From positions 124,001 to 188,000 of the IMG/VR virus record IMGVR_UViG_3300032268_000986: a stretch of 64,000 nucleotides of DNA, one strand, 5' to 3'. Shown here one piece after another: positions 1 through 9,470 of the stretch. Below the pieces are notes generated by a model that did not search any database, was not told where the DNA came from, and saw nothing but the letters and a program-made list of their open reading frames with translations. Every line of letters begins with the position of its first letter. The first letter of the stretch is position 1. The position numbers and the translations under genes are program-made.

Positions 1-130
1 GTTTTTCAGTCTTGACTGGATCTCGGGGCTTCTTGACAGGAGGTGCCGGCTGCGCATCAGGTTGGGGAGCAGCAGGTGCAGGGTTTACGTTGGCATTCTT
101 ACCAAACCATCCCTTGATTGATTCAAACAT
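1..130 (-). CDS. Hypothetical protein, N-terminal part (runs off window start)
   Basis: ATG at 130 abuts the queE stop; reads MFESIKGWFGKNANVNPAPAAPQPDAQPAPPVKKPRDPVKTEK with no stop. Confidence 0.7.
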   Translation of the reverse strand, partial: MFESIKGWFGKNANVNPAPAAPQPDAQPAPPVKKPRDPVKTEK

Positions 131-1018
131 TTATTTTCCCCATCCATTGCCCCAGAGATCCACATGCAATCTTGGGCTGTAGTTGTAGCCACGCTCCAGG
201 GCCCAGTTAGCCACATTCACACGATTCTTCTCATAAGGCACAGCTACGCCGCCCTGGGGCATGACAAAAACTTTACCTTTGAATCCTGCCTCACGATACT
301 CAGACACAGCCTGATCAACTTCTTCAAAGTGTGCCGCACTGTCAACAACAAACTTGAGATACACTGTGCCAACCCACTCATAGTCCACGACAATCTTGGG
401 TCGGATGGCGTCTGCCCATGATTCGCCACTGGCACTCAACTTTGGACTCACACTGAATGTGAGTGCTGCCGGTGTTCTTTTTTGCGCCAAGGAGTTGTGT
501 TTGCTGTTCAAGGTCCAGTTCAACAAGTATTGTCTAAACGCAGGTTGTAGTTCCTGAGTGCCATTGGTTTCAAATGTTAAATTTTGCAAATTCAACATGT
601 CAGGATGTGACAGCAATTCTTCATACGCACGTTGCCAACCCAGCAACGGCTCACCACCCGTGATCACAAGATGTACATCGTTACCATTGCGTTGTAACCA
701 TGTATGATTGGGAGTAAGCGCCAACATGCGCTCTACTACTTCACCAGTATTATAATTGGGACTTAGATGTTTGTAAGCCGGATGCCATGATGCATAGCTG
801 TCACATCCGGTTTCTACCAGGGGTAGATCTTCAAACCGATTATACATGTGAACAACTTCGGCCACTTCATCTGCACCAGTGGATCGTTCTCCAGGTTTGC
901 ATCCAAACCCTGCACAGGTAAAGTTACATCCAAATGTTCTCAAAAACACACTGGGCACGCCAACAAATCGGCCTTCGCCCTGTGCAGAATAAAATAGTTC
1001 GCTGATTTTTAATTTCAT
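131..1018 (-). CDS. queE: 7-carboxy-7-deazaguanine synthase (radical SAM)
   Basis: ISELFYSAQGEG, FLRTFGCNFTC...GCDS, VITGGEPL, FETNGT, SVSPKL, YSPRLHVDLWG are QueE-family motifs; clustered with queD and folE. Confidence 0.93.
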   Translation of the reverse strand: MKLKISELFYSAQGEGRFVGVPSVFLRTFGCNFTCAGFGCKPGERSTGADEVAEVVHMYNRFEDLPLVETGCDSYASWHPAYKHLSPNYNTGEVVERMLALTPNHTWLQRNGNDVHLVITGGEPLLGWQRAYEELLSHPDMLNLQNLTFETNGTQELQPAFRQYLLNWTLNSKHNSLAQKRTPAALTFSVSPKLSASGESWADAIRPKIVVDYEWVGTVYLKFVVDSAAHFEEVDQAVSEYREAGFKGKVFVMPQGGVAVPYEKNRVNVANWALERGYNYSPRLHVDLWGNGWGK

Positions 1019-1043
1019 ACTGTATTGTACAATAAATTTAATG

Positions 1044-3011
1044 TCAAGTCAATGCCGCAGTTTGCCCACGACGTGCAAAAGTGTCAGTACTGCCCACACG
1101 CTCAATTGATGCTTTGCCAAAGTTACGTCGTCGAGCAAAATAAAACAGCTCTAGGAATCGCGGAAAACTCATGGTTTTTTCTTCGGGAAAGTCCAAGTGA
1201 TAGGTCACTGTTGCTTTTTCAAGTTTGGCATCAGTGGTGATGTATTCCCAAATGTTGTAGTCAAGTTTGAGCTGTTGCGGATAAGACGATATGGAATCAT
1301 ACGCCACTAGATATCTGCGTTGGAATCGCATGACATCGGCCAACAAGTCTTGTGGTAGATCGTAGCGTTGCATGAACTGTTCCAGTCTTTCAAATATGTT
1401 GTCATACTGATGATGCACATGCATGTTCAAGATTGAACGATGAATCAAGTTCCAGCCATGTATCTCAATGCCGCCAATGTCGGGGTGGCGTATTTGGCCT
1501 TGAGTCATCCAGTTTTTGTAATACTGTCTTACTTCTTGCATCTCTTGCACGAACCATGAGTCCTGTTGCAAGAACTCAAACAGATCATCATAGAACTTGC
1601 TGTAATCCACGCCCTGATACTTGTAGACCAGTCGGCTCAGCAGTGTGCTCACACCATTGATATGGAATGTGTTGATGTACCATGAAAACACTTCGGCATC
1701 CAGCATGATTTCGTCGGGCAGATCCTTGGTGGCAGTGATGATGTCAATGCCTTCTTCAATGTGTTCGTTTGAATAACTGCCTGAGAAGTAGTCAGTCACT
1801 CGTGCTGACTTGATCTGAAACAGTTTTTTCTGCAACAGATTCATTTCTGCGTTTTCCAGCAGTTGTGCTTGGAACACAGTGAGGCCAGTGTGATTGCCCA
1901 TGCGGAACAAGCGCCAGAAGTTGTCTTTCCATGTGGTAAGACTTTCGCCGGGCAATCCCAGAATCAGTTCGGTATAAGTGGGAATGTTGCGCTGTTCACA
2001 AAGTTCAAACACTTCTTCCAGCTTGTTCATTTCCATGTTTTTGCGTCGAATGTTTTCCAACACATCCACGTCAAGACTCTGCACCGACAAAGTAAGTCCT
2101 TGGTTGAACCCCGGGGCATCCAAGAGTTTCTTCACAATGTCTACTACTTCTTTTTTTTGATTCTTGGCCCAGGCCACTGAGAAAGTCTTGGGGTAACCGT
2201 ATTTTTCTTGAACTTCAATGATCTTGTCAGCAATCATATTGTCACGCTCGGGAAACATACCAAAGTTGGCATCTGTGATGGATATAAACCCACAACGATG
2301 CTTGGCCATCCATTCCAGTTCGTCAAACACTCGTTCCAGTCCAAAGTGCTTGACCTTGTTGTAGGTCAAGCTGCCCCAGTCGCAAAAGGTACAGGCAAAC
2401 GGACAACCACGATTGGTCTCCAGAGTGCCGTTCCATTCCACGTCGGGATTGTCAGCCATGATCTGATCAAATATTCCTGTTAGATACGGACTGGGCACTT
2501 CTCCCAGGGTTTCTATTCGTTTGGCGTCCGGCGTTTTTACTGCTTCTCCGCCGCGATTGATCAACAGGCCTGGAATATCTTCCCAGCGTTGATTTTCAAA
2601 GTTACGCAGTATTTCGCGAAATGTGATCTCGCCTTCAAAACAGATCACAAGATCCATGTAGGGCTCTTTGCGAAAAATATCAGGATCAGTCACAGCAGGT
2701 TCGGGCCCACCAAACACAATCAAACAATTGGGATTGAGTTCTTTGACCATGCGAGCCAGGGTGTAGTTGTACTGGTGATTCCACACATAGGTGCTGAATG
2801 CTACTACATGATTCTGCGCCAACTGTTGTGCCAAGGGCTCCACAGCATCTCGACGCCACACCATGTCAGTACATTCAAAGTTTTGTCCAATCCACTCATC
2901 GGCCCGGGCATAACTCCAGATCACTCCGGCAGAATAAGGCAAGTAATGGGCATTGAATTCTTTTGGCCCCTGTTGAAAGTTGGGTTGTACCCATGCAATT
3001 TTATATGTCAT
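1044..3011 (-). CDS. Cobalamin-dependent radical SAM protein
   Basis: N-terminal B12-binding-like domain (FSTYVWN, VFGGPEP), ETNRGCPFACTFCDWG CxxxCxxC motif, DANFG, ELILGLPGE. Confidence 0.88.
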   Translation of the reverse strand: MTYKIAWVQPNFQQGPKEFNAHYLPYSAGVIWSYARADEWIGQNFECTDMVWRRDAVEPLAQQLAQNHVVAFSTYVWNHQYNYTLARMVKELNPNCLIVFGGPEPAVTDPDIFRKEPYMDLVICFEGEITFREILRNFENQRWEDIPGLLINRGGEAVKTPDAKRIETLGEVPSPYLTGIFDQIMADNPDVEWNGTLETNRGCPFACTFCDWGSLTYNKVKHFGLERVFDELEWMAKHRCGFISITDANFGMFPERDNMIADKIIEVQEKYGYPKTFSVAWAKNQKKEVVDIVKKLLDAPGFNQGLTLSVQSLDVDVLENIRRKNMEMNKLEEVFELCEQRNIPTYTELILGLPGESLTTWKDNFWRLFRMGNHTGLTVFQAQLLENAEMNLLQKKLFQIKSARVTDYFSGSYSNEHIEEGIDIITATKDLPDEIMLDAEVFSWYINTFHINGVSTLLSRLVYKYQGVDYSKFYDDLFEFLQQDSWFVQEMQEVRQYYKNWMTQGQIRHPDIGGIEIHGWNLIHRSILNMHVHHQYDNIFERLEQFMQRYDLPQDLLADVMRFQRRYLVAYDSISSYPQQLKLDYNIWEYITTDAKLEKATVTYHLDFPEEKTMSFPRFLELFYFARRRNFGKASIERVGSTDTFARRGQTAALT

Positions 3012-3018
3012 TGGGTAT

Positions 3019-3852
3019 TTATTTTGATTTACTGTGTGGATATTTGAATTGCATCATCTGGCTGTTGATATCATTTTGTGCTAATTTCTCCCAGGGGTCC
3101 TGTGTGCCTTTGAATATATTTTGAAAGAATTCCACACTCATGCCAATGTTGTGCATGTGATTGGCCAACTTGATACAATCCTTGTGTCGCAATTCAATCA
3201 TACCGGCGCTATGGAAATCGTTGGGGTCATCAGGCTTGCCCTCTAACATGGGACGATTGCGGAACACATCATCGTTGTTGTTGCCTGTTAGATCATAACG
3301 ATCGTGCAACACATGTACGTCAATGCGCTGGTAAATGTCCAACATATAAGCCTGCTGGCTCACCCAGCCATCTTGTGTGGGATGTGGTGATATGTAGCCC
3401 AGTAACTCATACCACTTGCGCGGTACAATGGGAAAAATGCTATAGGGATGATCTCTGTGAGTGCGGAAAGACAAAAGTTTAAACTGATCAGTATAGCCGG
3501 CAATGACCTGATCCCAGTCCTGTGTTTCCATCACAGCATCATCATTCCACACTATCAACCAGTCAGCATCAGCATGTTTGGCCAAGGCATTGCTGTATTT
3601 GTGCAGGTTCACATAGCCCATGCGACGAAATTGCATGGCAATGAACTGAATGTGGTGTTGTTCCAACCAAGGTTTTAGGTGATCATGGAAATAAGTCAGG
3701 CCCACTTGATCATCATCATCAAACGCAAACAGCAGTTGAATTCGTTCTGGGCAGTCAGCAAGTTCAATCAAACTGCGAACACTGCGACCCAACATGTTGT
3801 CAGTACGTCCACGAGTAGCCAGCAGCACAGCAATGTCAAATCTAGATGTCAT
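3019..3852 (-). CDS. GT-A fold (family 2-like) glycosyltransferase
   Basis: IAVLLATRGR, FAFDDDD, WNDD acidic motif; start moved to MTSRFD behind GAGGAG RBS. Confidence 0.75.
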   Translation of the reverse strand: MTSRFDIAVLLATRGRTDNMLGRSVRSLIELADCPERIQLLFAFDDDDQVGLTYFHDHLKPWLEQHHIQFIAMQFRRMGYVNLHKYSNALAKHADADWLIVWNDDAVMETQDWDQVIAGYTDQFKLLSFRTHRDHPYSIFPIVPRKWYELLGYISPHPTQDGWVSQQAYMLDIYQRIDVHVLHDRYDLTGNNNDDVFRNRPMLEGKPDDPNDFHSAGMIELRHKDCIKLANHMHNIGMSVEFFQNIFKGTQDPWEKLAQNDINSQMMQFKYPHSKSK

Positions 3853-3853
3853 G

Positions 3854-4393
3854 TTACTCCTCGTAGGTTGCACTGTTTCCGGCATGTTCAAATACTTCAA
3901 CTGAACGCAGACGAACTTGTTCATTCATGAGATAACCAATGCTGTAGCCTTGTGATTGACCAGTGCGGTGGTTTGTGAATTCATAACGTTCGTCATCTTG
4001 AAATTTACGCAAGATACGAGCCATTTCTTCATATGCCAGTTTGGCAAATTTTTCACAACCCACACCATTGTCGAATATGCGTATATCACAAATGCCACCT
4101 CGATCTTGTATCCCAAGATCGGCCATGCTCTTGAACAGATCCACATGAGGATCATCACGTGCCACCAGTAGAGTATGATCAAACATGTTTTTAGCCCAGT
4201 CATGGAAGGACTTTAGCACGTCCGAATCTATGACCCAGTTGCAAACATCTAGAGACTCAGACTCAAACACCAAACGAAAGCCAATGGAATAACCATGAAG
4301 CAGACTACGGTGACTGTGGCGACTACGCCACTGTCTAAACACGCAGGAAAATCCTTGATCAGTGCCGTAGGTTTTTGTACTAGTATATTTCAT
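3854..4393 (-). CDS. Second, degenerate QueD-like protein (Cys replaced by Arg)
   Basis: Aligns with adjacent QueD (STKTYG, FRQW, LHGYS, NWV.D, FDH, EKFA, EHAGNSA.YE); HSHRSLLHG instead of HSHCHLLHG; start moved to MKYTSTK. Confidence 0.8.
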   Translation of the reverse strand: MKYTSTKTYGTDQGFSCVFRQWRSRHSHRSLLHGYSIGFRLVFESESLDVCNWVIDSDVLKSFHDWAKNMFDHTLLVARDDPHVDLFKSMADLGIQDRGGICDIRIFDNGVGCEKFAKLAYEEMARILRKFQDDERYEFTNHRTGQSQGYSIGYLMNEQVRLRSVEVFEHAGNSATYEE

Positions 4394-4868
4394 CCAACAA
4401 GTCCTCGTTCCAGTTGTTATGACCTTCGTAGATGGCGCTGTTGGCACCGTGTTCAGCGCACTCAACTCGTACACAATAACAACGATCGTTGGTCTTTTGT
4501 CGAATCAAGTCATCAGCAAAGTTAAAGGCATGTTCAGCAAACTTCTCTGCACCCACGCCATCAAAAATTCTAATCTCAGCTAGATCCAATGCTTCCAGTT
4601 CTTGGAATTTGGCCAAGTGTGGATCATTTTGATCCAAGGCTAGCTTGTGATCAAAGTGATCTTCCAGCCATGCTTTCAGCGGTTTGAGTCCGCCAAAGTC
4701 CACAGCCCAGTTCTTGTTGTCTAATTGATCACATCCAAATGTGAATGTAAACGCCAGACTGTAGCCATGTAGCAAATGACAGTGTGAATGATCTGCGTTG
4801 GGTTGACGGAACACCGCTGACAGACCAATGTTGTGTCCGTAATGTTTTGTTGAGTAATATTTTGCCAT
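4380..4868 (-). CDS. queD: 6-carboxy-5,6,7,8-tetrahydropterin synthase
   Basis: HSHCHLLHGYS (CxxxHG), VDFGGLK, DHFDHK, AEKFA motifs. Confidence 0.9.
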   Translation of the reverse strand: MAKYYSTKHYGHNIGLSAVFRQPNADHSHCHLLHGYSLAFTFTFGCDQLDNKNWAVDFGGLKPLKAWLEDHFDHKLALDQNDPHLAKFQELEALDLAEIRIFDGVGAEKFAEHAFNFADDLIRQKTNDRCYCVRVECAEHGANSAIYEGHNNWNEDLLDEIY

Positions 4869-4940
4869 TGTGATTCCCCTATGTTAGATTATAGCATAGG
4901 CAGCAGAGTTTGTATAGCGGGATGAAGCCAAAGACCGCTT
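4869..4940 (-). promoter_or_regulatory. Structured queD leader (preQ1-I-like stem-loop plus RBS-occluding hairpin) overlapping a possible sigma70 promoter
   Basis: AGCGG/CCGCU stem, A-rich tail, CCUAUG/CAUAGG hairpin over AGGGGA RBS; also TATACA-17-TATAAT with an extended -10 TG. Confidence 0.55.
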
Positions 4941-4948
4941 AAAAATAC

Positions 4949-5344
4949 TTATGCAGGCAGTTGATAGCCGTCTGCTTTGTAGTTGGCTTGCCCGGCAATA
5001 ACTCCACGCACACCGCCAATGGGATCAGCACAGTCACCCACACGGCGTGGTATCAAATGCACATGTGGGTACATCACAGTTTGCCCTGCTTCTCGACCCA
5101 TGTTGATGCCAATGTTAAATGCCGCACATTCACCTGTGGCTACCATTCTACGACCATGCCGCATGGCTGATTCAAAACATTCTATGATTACATCATCGGT
5201 ATTGTACTTGGGCACAAACAACAAGTGTCCATGCGTGACTGGAAACCGGTCCTGAAACACCGAGACATGATAGTCTGATAATTCACCTACCAACAGATCC
5301 CAGGGTGCAACACCATCTTTTTGTGCTTGTTCTAGGTCGGTCAT
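4949..5344 (-). CDS. HIT family nucleotide hydrolase
   Basis: FPVTHGHLLFVPK, GQTVMYPHVHLIPR (HxHxx variant of the histidine triad). Confidence 0.88.
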   Translation of the reverse strand: MTDLEQAQKDGVAPWDLLVGELSDYHVSVFQDRFPVTHGHLLFVPKYNTDDVIIECFESAMRHGRRMVATGECAAFNIGINMGREAGQTVMYPHVHLIPRRVGDCADPIGGVRGVIAGQANYKADGYQLPA

Positions 5345-5346
5345 GT

Positions 5347-6030
5347 TTAACCTCTGGTACAAGCATTGACAATGTTCATGAACTCAGTGCGCACTGATGG
5401 GTCACTGCGGAACACACCACCTAGTCGACTGGTCACAGTGCTGGATCCTGTGTCCTCAACACCACGACTTTTCACACAGTAGTGTTGAGCATTGATTACC
5501 ACGCCAATGTCATCAGTTTCCAAGATGTATTGCAAGGCATGATACACTTGTTCAGTCAGTCGTTCTTGAATTTGAGGACGCTTGGAGAAGTACTCTACGA
5601 TGCGATTGATCTTGCTGAGTCCCAGAACTTTTTGCTTGGGAATATAGCCCACAGTGGCCAAGCCGTCTATGACAACAAAGTGATGTTCACAGTTGCTTTG
5701 TACCGAAACGTTGCGTTCCACAACCATTTCATCATACTTCATTTTGTTGTCTACTGTGGTACACTTGGGAAACGCCTCGTAGTCCAGACCCCAGAAGATT
5801 TCGTTTACATACATCTTGGCCACACGCTTGGGTGTGTCACGCAGGCTGTCGTCATCTAGATCCAGACCCAGTACTTCCATGATGTGTTTGAAATCTTTTT
5901 CAATCAGTTCAATTTTATCTTTGCGATCAACTGAATGTTGAAATGTTGGAGTTTCCACACCACACTTGATCAAGTGCTGATGTACTAGTTGACCCAACTC
6001 GGGGTCGCATTTGGTTTTGTTATAGCTCAT
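5347..6030 (-). CDS. folE: GTP cyclohydrolase I
   Basis: TPKRVAKMY, SNCEHH, LGLSKINR, RPQIQERLT, HYCVKSRGV. Confidence 0.96.
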   Translation of the reverse strand: MSYNKTKCDPELGQLVHQHLIKCGVETPTFQHSVDRKDKIELIEKDFKHIMEVLGLDLDDDSLRDTPKRVAKMYVNEIFWGLDYEAFPKCTTVDNKMKYDEMVVERNVSVQSNCEHHFVVIDGLATVGYIPKQKVLGLSKINRIVEYFSKRPQIQERLTEQVYHALQYILETDDIGVVINAQHYCVKSRGVEDTGSSTVTSRLGGVFRSDPSVRTEFMNIVNACTRG

Positions 6031-6097
6031 TTTGATATCCTTCCTTACACGGATGTTAATTTTGAAGTTTGCTACCGTTGTGTAGCATGTTTATTTA
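6031..6097 (-). promoter_or_regulatory. TAAATA late-promoter motif and hairpin leader of folE
   Basis: TAAATA overlapping the upstream stop; UGCUAC/GUAGCA hairpin; AAGGAAGGA RBS. Confidence 0.5.
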
Positions 6098-6676
6098 GTC
6101 AGTGATTGTGATGGTTCTACAATCTGGATACATAACATGCTTGGGTGGCTCACTAACATATTTTGCCAGCAACTCACTGCCATGCTGGGCTTCTTCTATT
6201 GTGGGTTTGTAGTGATAGCCCACGCGGAAAACACGTTGGTCCTGCCAAGGGGCAATATTCAAATCCCTGCCATCATAACGCATGCGGATAATATCCTCAT
6301 AGGCCTGGTGGTCATCAAGTAGTATAGCACCACCGCGGCCTATTTGTAAAGGCTTAGTGTGTCCAAAACTCAAGCACTGCATGGCACCACCCTTGTACAT
6401 GTCCTGCTCTAGCCTGCGAGCACTATCCCAGATTCTAGTGCCCACAAACTCATATTCGCCTTGCCAGGACGTTGCCGTCAACTCATAATCAATGCCCAGT
6501 CGATGCATGATCATGGGCACACTCAAATAAGTGTAGCAGGTAAATGAACACTGCTTGACTTGATCATATCTCATGCACAGTTCAATTGCATGTGTGCAGC
6601 AATCGGTCATGATGGCATAGGGGGCGCCAGTGAACTTGGCCAGGCTTTTTTCAAATTTTAATATTTCGTCAAACAC
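6095..6676 (-). CDS. Compact DegT/DnrJ/EryC1/StrS-like PLP aminotransferase
   Basis: FEKSLAKFTGAPYA, THAIEL, WDSA, LSFGHTKPLQIGRGGAIL; GTG start overlapping the upstream stop inferred. Confidence 0.8.
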   Translation of the reverse strand: MFDEILKFEKSLAKFTGAPYAIMTDCCTHAIELCMRYDQVKQCSFTCYTYLSVPMIMHRLGIDYELTATSWQGEYEFVGTRIWDSARRLEQDMYKGGAMQCLSFGHTKPLQIGRGGAILLDDHQAYEDIIRMRYDGRDLNIAPWQDQRVFRVGYHYKPTIEEAQHGSELLAKYVSEPPKHVMYPDCRTITITD

Positions 6677-7667
6677 AATTTCTCTCCGGAAAAAAATCTT
6701 GTTTCTCTCCCTGTCGGGCAAGATCCAATGTAATGCAGTGTATGCCACCGTCCCAGAAATATCTATGTCTAAATGGGACAATGTGAGGGGTGATGCCATG
6801 ACGATCAAACGCCTCGAACACTTTTTCATTATAGTTATTGACAATCACATTGGTTGGATCGATGGTCAGCATGTTGACATCAAACACTGTTTCTTCAACA
6901 TAGCCCACCCAATGACTCAACCAGGTTTCCACGCAATCAATTACATCTTGGTCCTGTTCAAAGCCTGGAATCCACCAACGGCCTTGGTTCTTTTGTTTGA
7001 GAGTCATGAAACCTTGTACCTTGGCCCAGCTTTGGTCAGGCAAGTATACAACTTCCCAATCAGGGAATGTTTCTGTATAAGTGGGTATGTCATGCAGACT
7101 TACAATCAATCCCGGAGCCACTGGACAAAATGTACCATCAGTGTGACCAAAAGTTTCAATCACATGGGATCGATAACCAGGAAACTGTGCAGCCGCATAT
7201 TTTTTCATCTCTGCGTATGGCTCTGCTTGATAGCTACCAAAGTACAAGTCCTTGCCGATGCGACTGACCATGGCACCATTGGTCCATGAGTTTTGCATCA
7301 AGTGGGCGTTGTTGCCTTGTTGCTTGACAAGATTCAAAATTGGAGACCAGGTAGTTTGGTCATAGTAACTGTGATAAAACTCATTACCAATCATGATGGC
7401 ATTATCACGTGGCTGCATTGGTGGGCGAGTAATAGTTCCGTATTGGTTAAACGGTTCAGCCGGTAATTCGGGCCTAACCACTGTGACATCAAACTCTTGA
7501 AGTTTGTTGATTATGGCTTGGTAGTCTTCTTCGGTCTCTTGAGCTATTTTTTCAAACAACTCACGAACATGCGGAACCTTGATCCATGAATAAAACTCAG
7601 GTGGATAACTACGGCCCACTGCACACACCTGCAATGGATCCCAGGGTTGATGTACGCTGTAAGTCAT
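6669..7667 (-). CDS. Amidinotransferase family protein (glycine/inosamine-phosphate amidinotransferase-like)
   Basis: WDPLQVCAVG, QPRD, HTDG, DVNML, HRYFWDGGIHCITLD with C-terminal catalytic Cys. Confidence 0.85.
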   Translation of the reverse strand: MTYSVHQPWDPLQVCAVGRSYPPEFYSWIKVPHVRELFEKIAQETEEDYQAIINKLQEFDVTVVRPELPAEPFNQYGTITRPPMQPRDNAIMIGNEFYHSYYDQTTWSPILNLVKQQGNNAHLMQNSWTNGAMVSRIGKDLYFGSYQAEPYAEMKKYAAAQFPGYRSHVIETFGHTDGTFCPVAPGLIVSLHDIPTYTETFPDWEVVYLPDQSWAKVQGFMTLKQKNQGRWWIPGFEQDQDVIDCVETWLSHWVGYVEETVFDVNMLTIDPTNVIVNNYNEKVFEAFDRHGITPHIVPFRHRYFWDGGIHCITLDLARQGEKQDFFPERNCV

Positions 7668-8623
7668 CGCTGATACCAGGCCCATGCATGGCGAATCATG
7701 TCATCTAATTCAAACTGTCGCCAACTTCCGGCAACCTGGGAAAATTTGGCAGCACTGGCTGTGAGCACAGCCGGGTCTCCGGGCCTAGCATTACCTAGCA
7801 CAACTTTTAATTTTCGCCCGGTTACACGTTCAGCTGCGGCAATGATTTCTCTATTGCTAATACCGTTGTTGGAACCCAGATTGTAGACACCAGAAGGCAG
7901 TACTGGATTCAATGCCATGACATGTGCCTGGGCTATGTCTGCCACATGCACGTAGTCACGTACACATGTGCCATCCAGTGTGGGATAGTCTACACCATTT
8001 AATATAAATTCACGATCATCTCTCATGGCTTCCAACACTCTGGCAATGATGTGTGTAGCACCGGGCCTTTGCCCATGACGTTGTTGTGGATCAGCACTGC
8101 AAGCATTGAAATAACGGAATGCCACATACTCAAGCCCATAAGCACGATGATAACTTTTCAACATCATTTCAGTCATGTACTTGCTTTCGCCGTAAGGTGA
8201 GATTGGTTGAGCCACGTCAACTTCATGACAGGGATTCATCATGGGTTCACCATATACTGCGGCCGATGAACTAAAAATAAATCGAGTACGGGGCATGGCC
8301 TGACGAATAATGTCTAGTAAGATCTTGGTCTTGATCACATTGTTTTCGTAGTATGAAGATGGATCTGCAATGCTGGGACCTACCAAACTGGTACCACCAC
8401 AATGAATCACAGCAGAGGGCCGTGCCACAACAATATGTTTCAGTGCATCGTCGCTGGCAAAGTCAGCTAACAAAAATTCGTACCGGTCTGAAGGCTCTAT
8501 CTGTAGAGTTGATGGCATTTTTTGATTGTCAATACCCAGAACACTGTGACCAGCGTCGAGCAATGCCATTACAATTTGTCCGCCAATGTAGCCAGCGGCC
8601 CCTGTTACAATTATTTTATTCAT
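7664..8623 (-). CDS. galE: UDP-glucose 4-epimerase-like NAD-dependent epimerase
   Basis: VTGAAGYIG, FSSSAAVYG, SPYGESK (YxxxK), FRYFNA, RDYVHVAD. Confidence 0.9.
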   Translation of the reverse strand: MNKIIVTGAAGYIGGQIVMALLDAGHSVLGIDNQKMPSTLQIEPSDRYEFLLADFASDDALKHIVVARPSAVIHCGGTSLVGPSIADPSSYYENNVIKTKILLDIIRQAMPRTRFIFSSSAAVYGEPMMNPCHEVDVAQPISPYGESKYMTEMMLKSYHRAYGLEYVAFRYFNACSADPQQRHGQRPGATHIIARVLEAMRDDREFILNGVDYPTLDGTCVRDYVHVADIAQAHVMALNPVLPSGVYNLGSNNGISNREIIAAAERVTGRKLKVVLGNARPGDPAVLTASAAKFSQVAGSWRQFELDDMIRHAWAWYQR

Positions 8624-8624
8624 A

Positions 8625-9470
8625 TTATCCACAATGTTTAATACATTTTTGATTGGTCAAATCAGTGTCAACTTCTTGAATGTGTATTACATTTTGAAAT
8701 TTTTCACTTTTTTCTAAATAACAACATCTACTAATACTACCGTCAGCTGACACGTACACACTTGGAATAGACAAATGCATACAATTTTTAGCTTCAACAG
8801 TAGTTTTGACTCGATTAACTGTTGCTTGCATAAAAGTAGCCGGCAACAATTCAAACTCTTCGCCTGTTTGATAATGCCTGGCTTTTTTATTTGTACGATA
8901 GGTGTGCGCTAGACAAAACTTTTTAAAATTCATCTTTTGGCTCAACATTAGGCATTCAGGAATCTGGTGCTCGTTATGCCGGTAAGGGATAAACTGCCAA
9001 ATTGCATTTCCACCGTGATCAATAAATGCTTGTGCATTTTTTATGATCTTGTTAAAATCTGTGCCTTGCCTGTAGATTTCATGTACGCCAGCTAGTCCAT
9101 CAATACCAAACCAAACTTCATGATTCATGTCGGCAAGTTGTTGTGCAAACTCGGTCCACCAACTTTCGTTACGTAAACTACCATTGGTATGAAGTTGTAT
9201 TTTTTTACCGTATTTTTTTGAAATTGCAATCAAGTCAGTAATGTAGTCAGACGCAATGGGGTCACCGTAATTTCCACACAGTTGTACAGTATGAGAGTTT
9301 GGGAATTGTACAATAATCTCCTCATAGCGTTCCGGCATCAAATCCTGCTTGACAAGATTCGGATTGACACCAAATCCGTTTAGAGTTCGTGGACATGCTG
9401 GGCACCATGCATTGCATTTTGAGCTTGCTTCTACATGTATCCATCCAACGTCCTTGACAGATAGCGTCAC
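8625..9470 (-). CDS. Radical SAM protein with C-terminal SPASM/twitch-like Cys cluster
   Basis: SKCNAWCPACPR, GNYGDP, HTNGS, CCY; paralog of 24992..26035; GTG start overlapping the upstream TGA inferred. Confidence 0.85.
   Translation of the reverse strand: MTLSVKDVGWIHVEASSKCNAWCPACPRTLNGFGVNPNLVKQDLMPERYEEIIVQFPNSHTVQLCGNYGDPIASDYITDLIAISKKYGKKIQLHTNGSLRNESWWTEFAQQLADMNHEVWFGIDGLAGVHEIYRQGTDFNKIIKNAQAFIDHGGNAIWQFIPYRHNEHQIPECLMLSQKMNFKKFCLAHTYRTNKKARHYQTGEEFELLPATFMQATVNRVKTTVEAKNCMHLSIPSVYVSADGSISRCCYLEKSEKFQNVIHIQEVDTDLTNQKCIKHCG

Noticed and set aside
6669-7667. Amidinotransferase as an archaeosine (G+) synthase
   Set aside because: G+ needs preQ0 from QueC, which is absent here, and this family transfers amidino groups to amines; linkage to the DegT-like gene fits sugar chemistry better.
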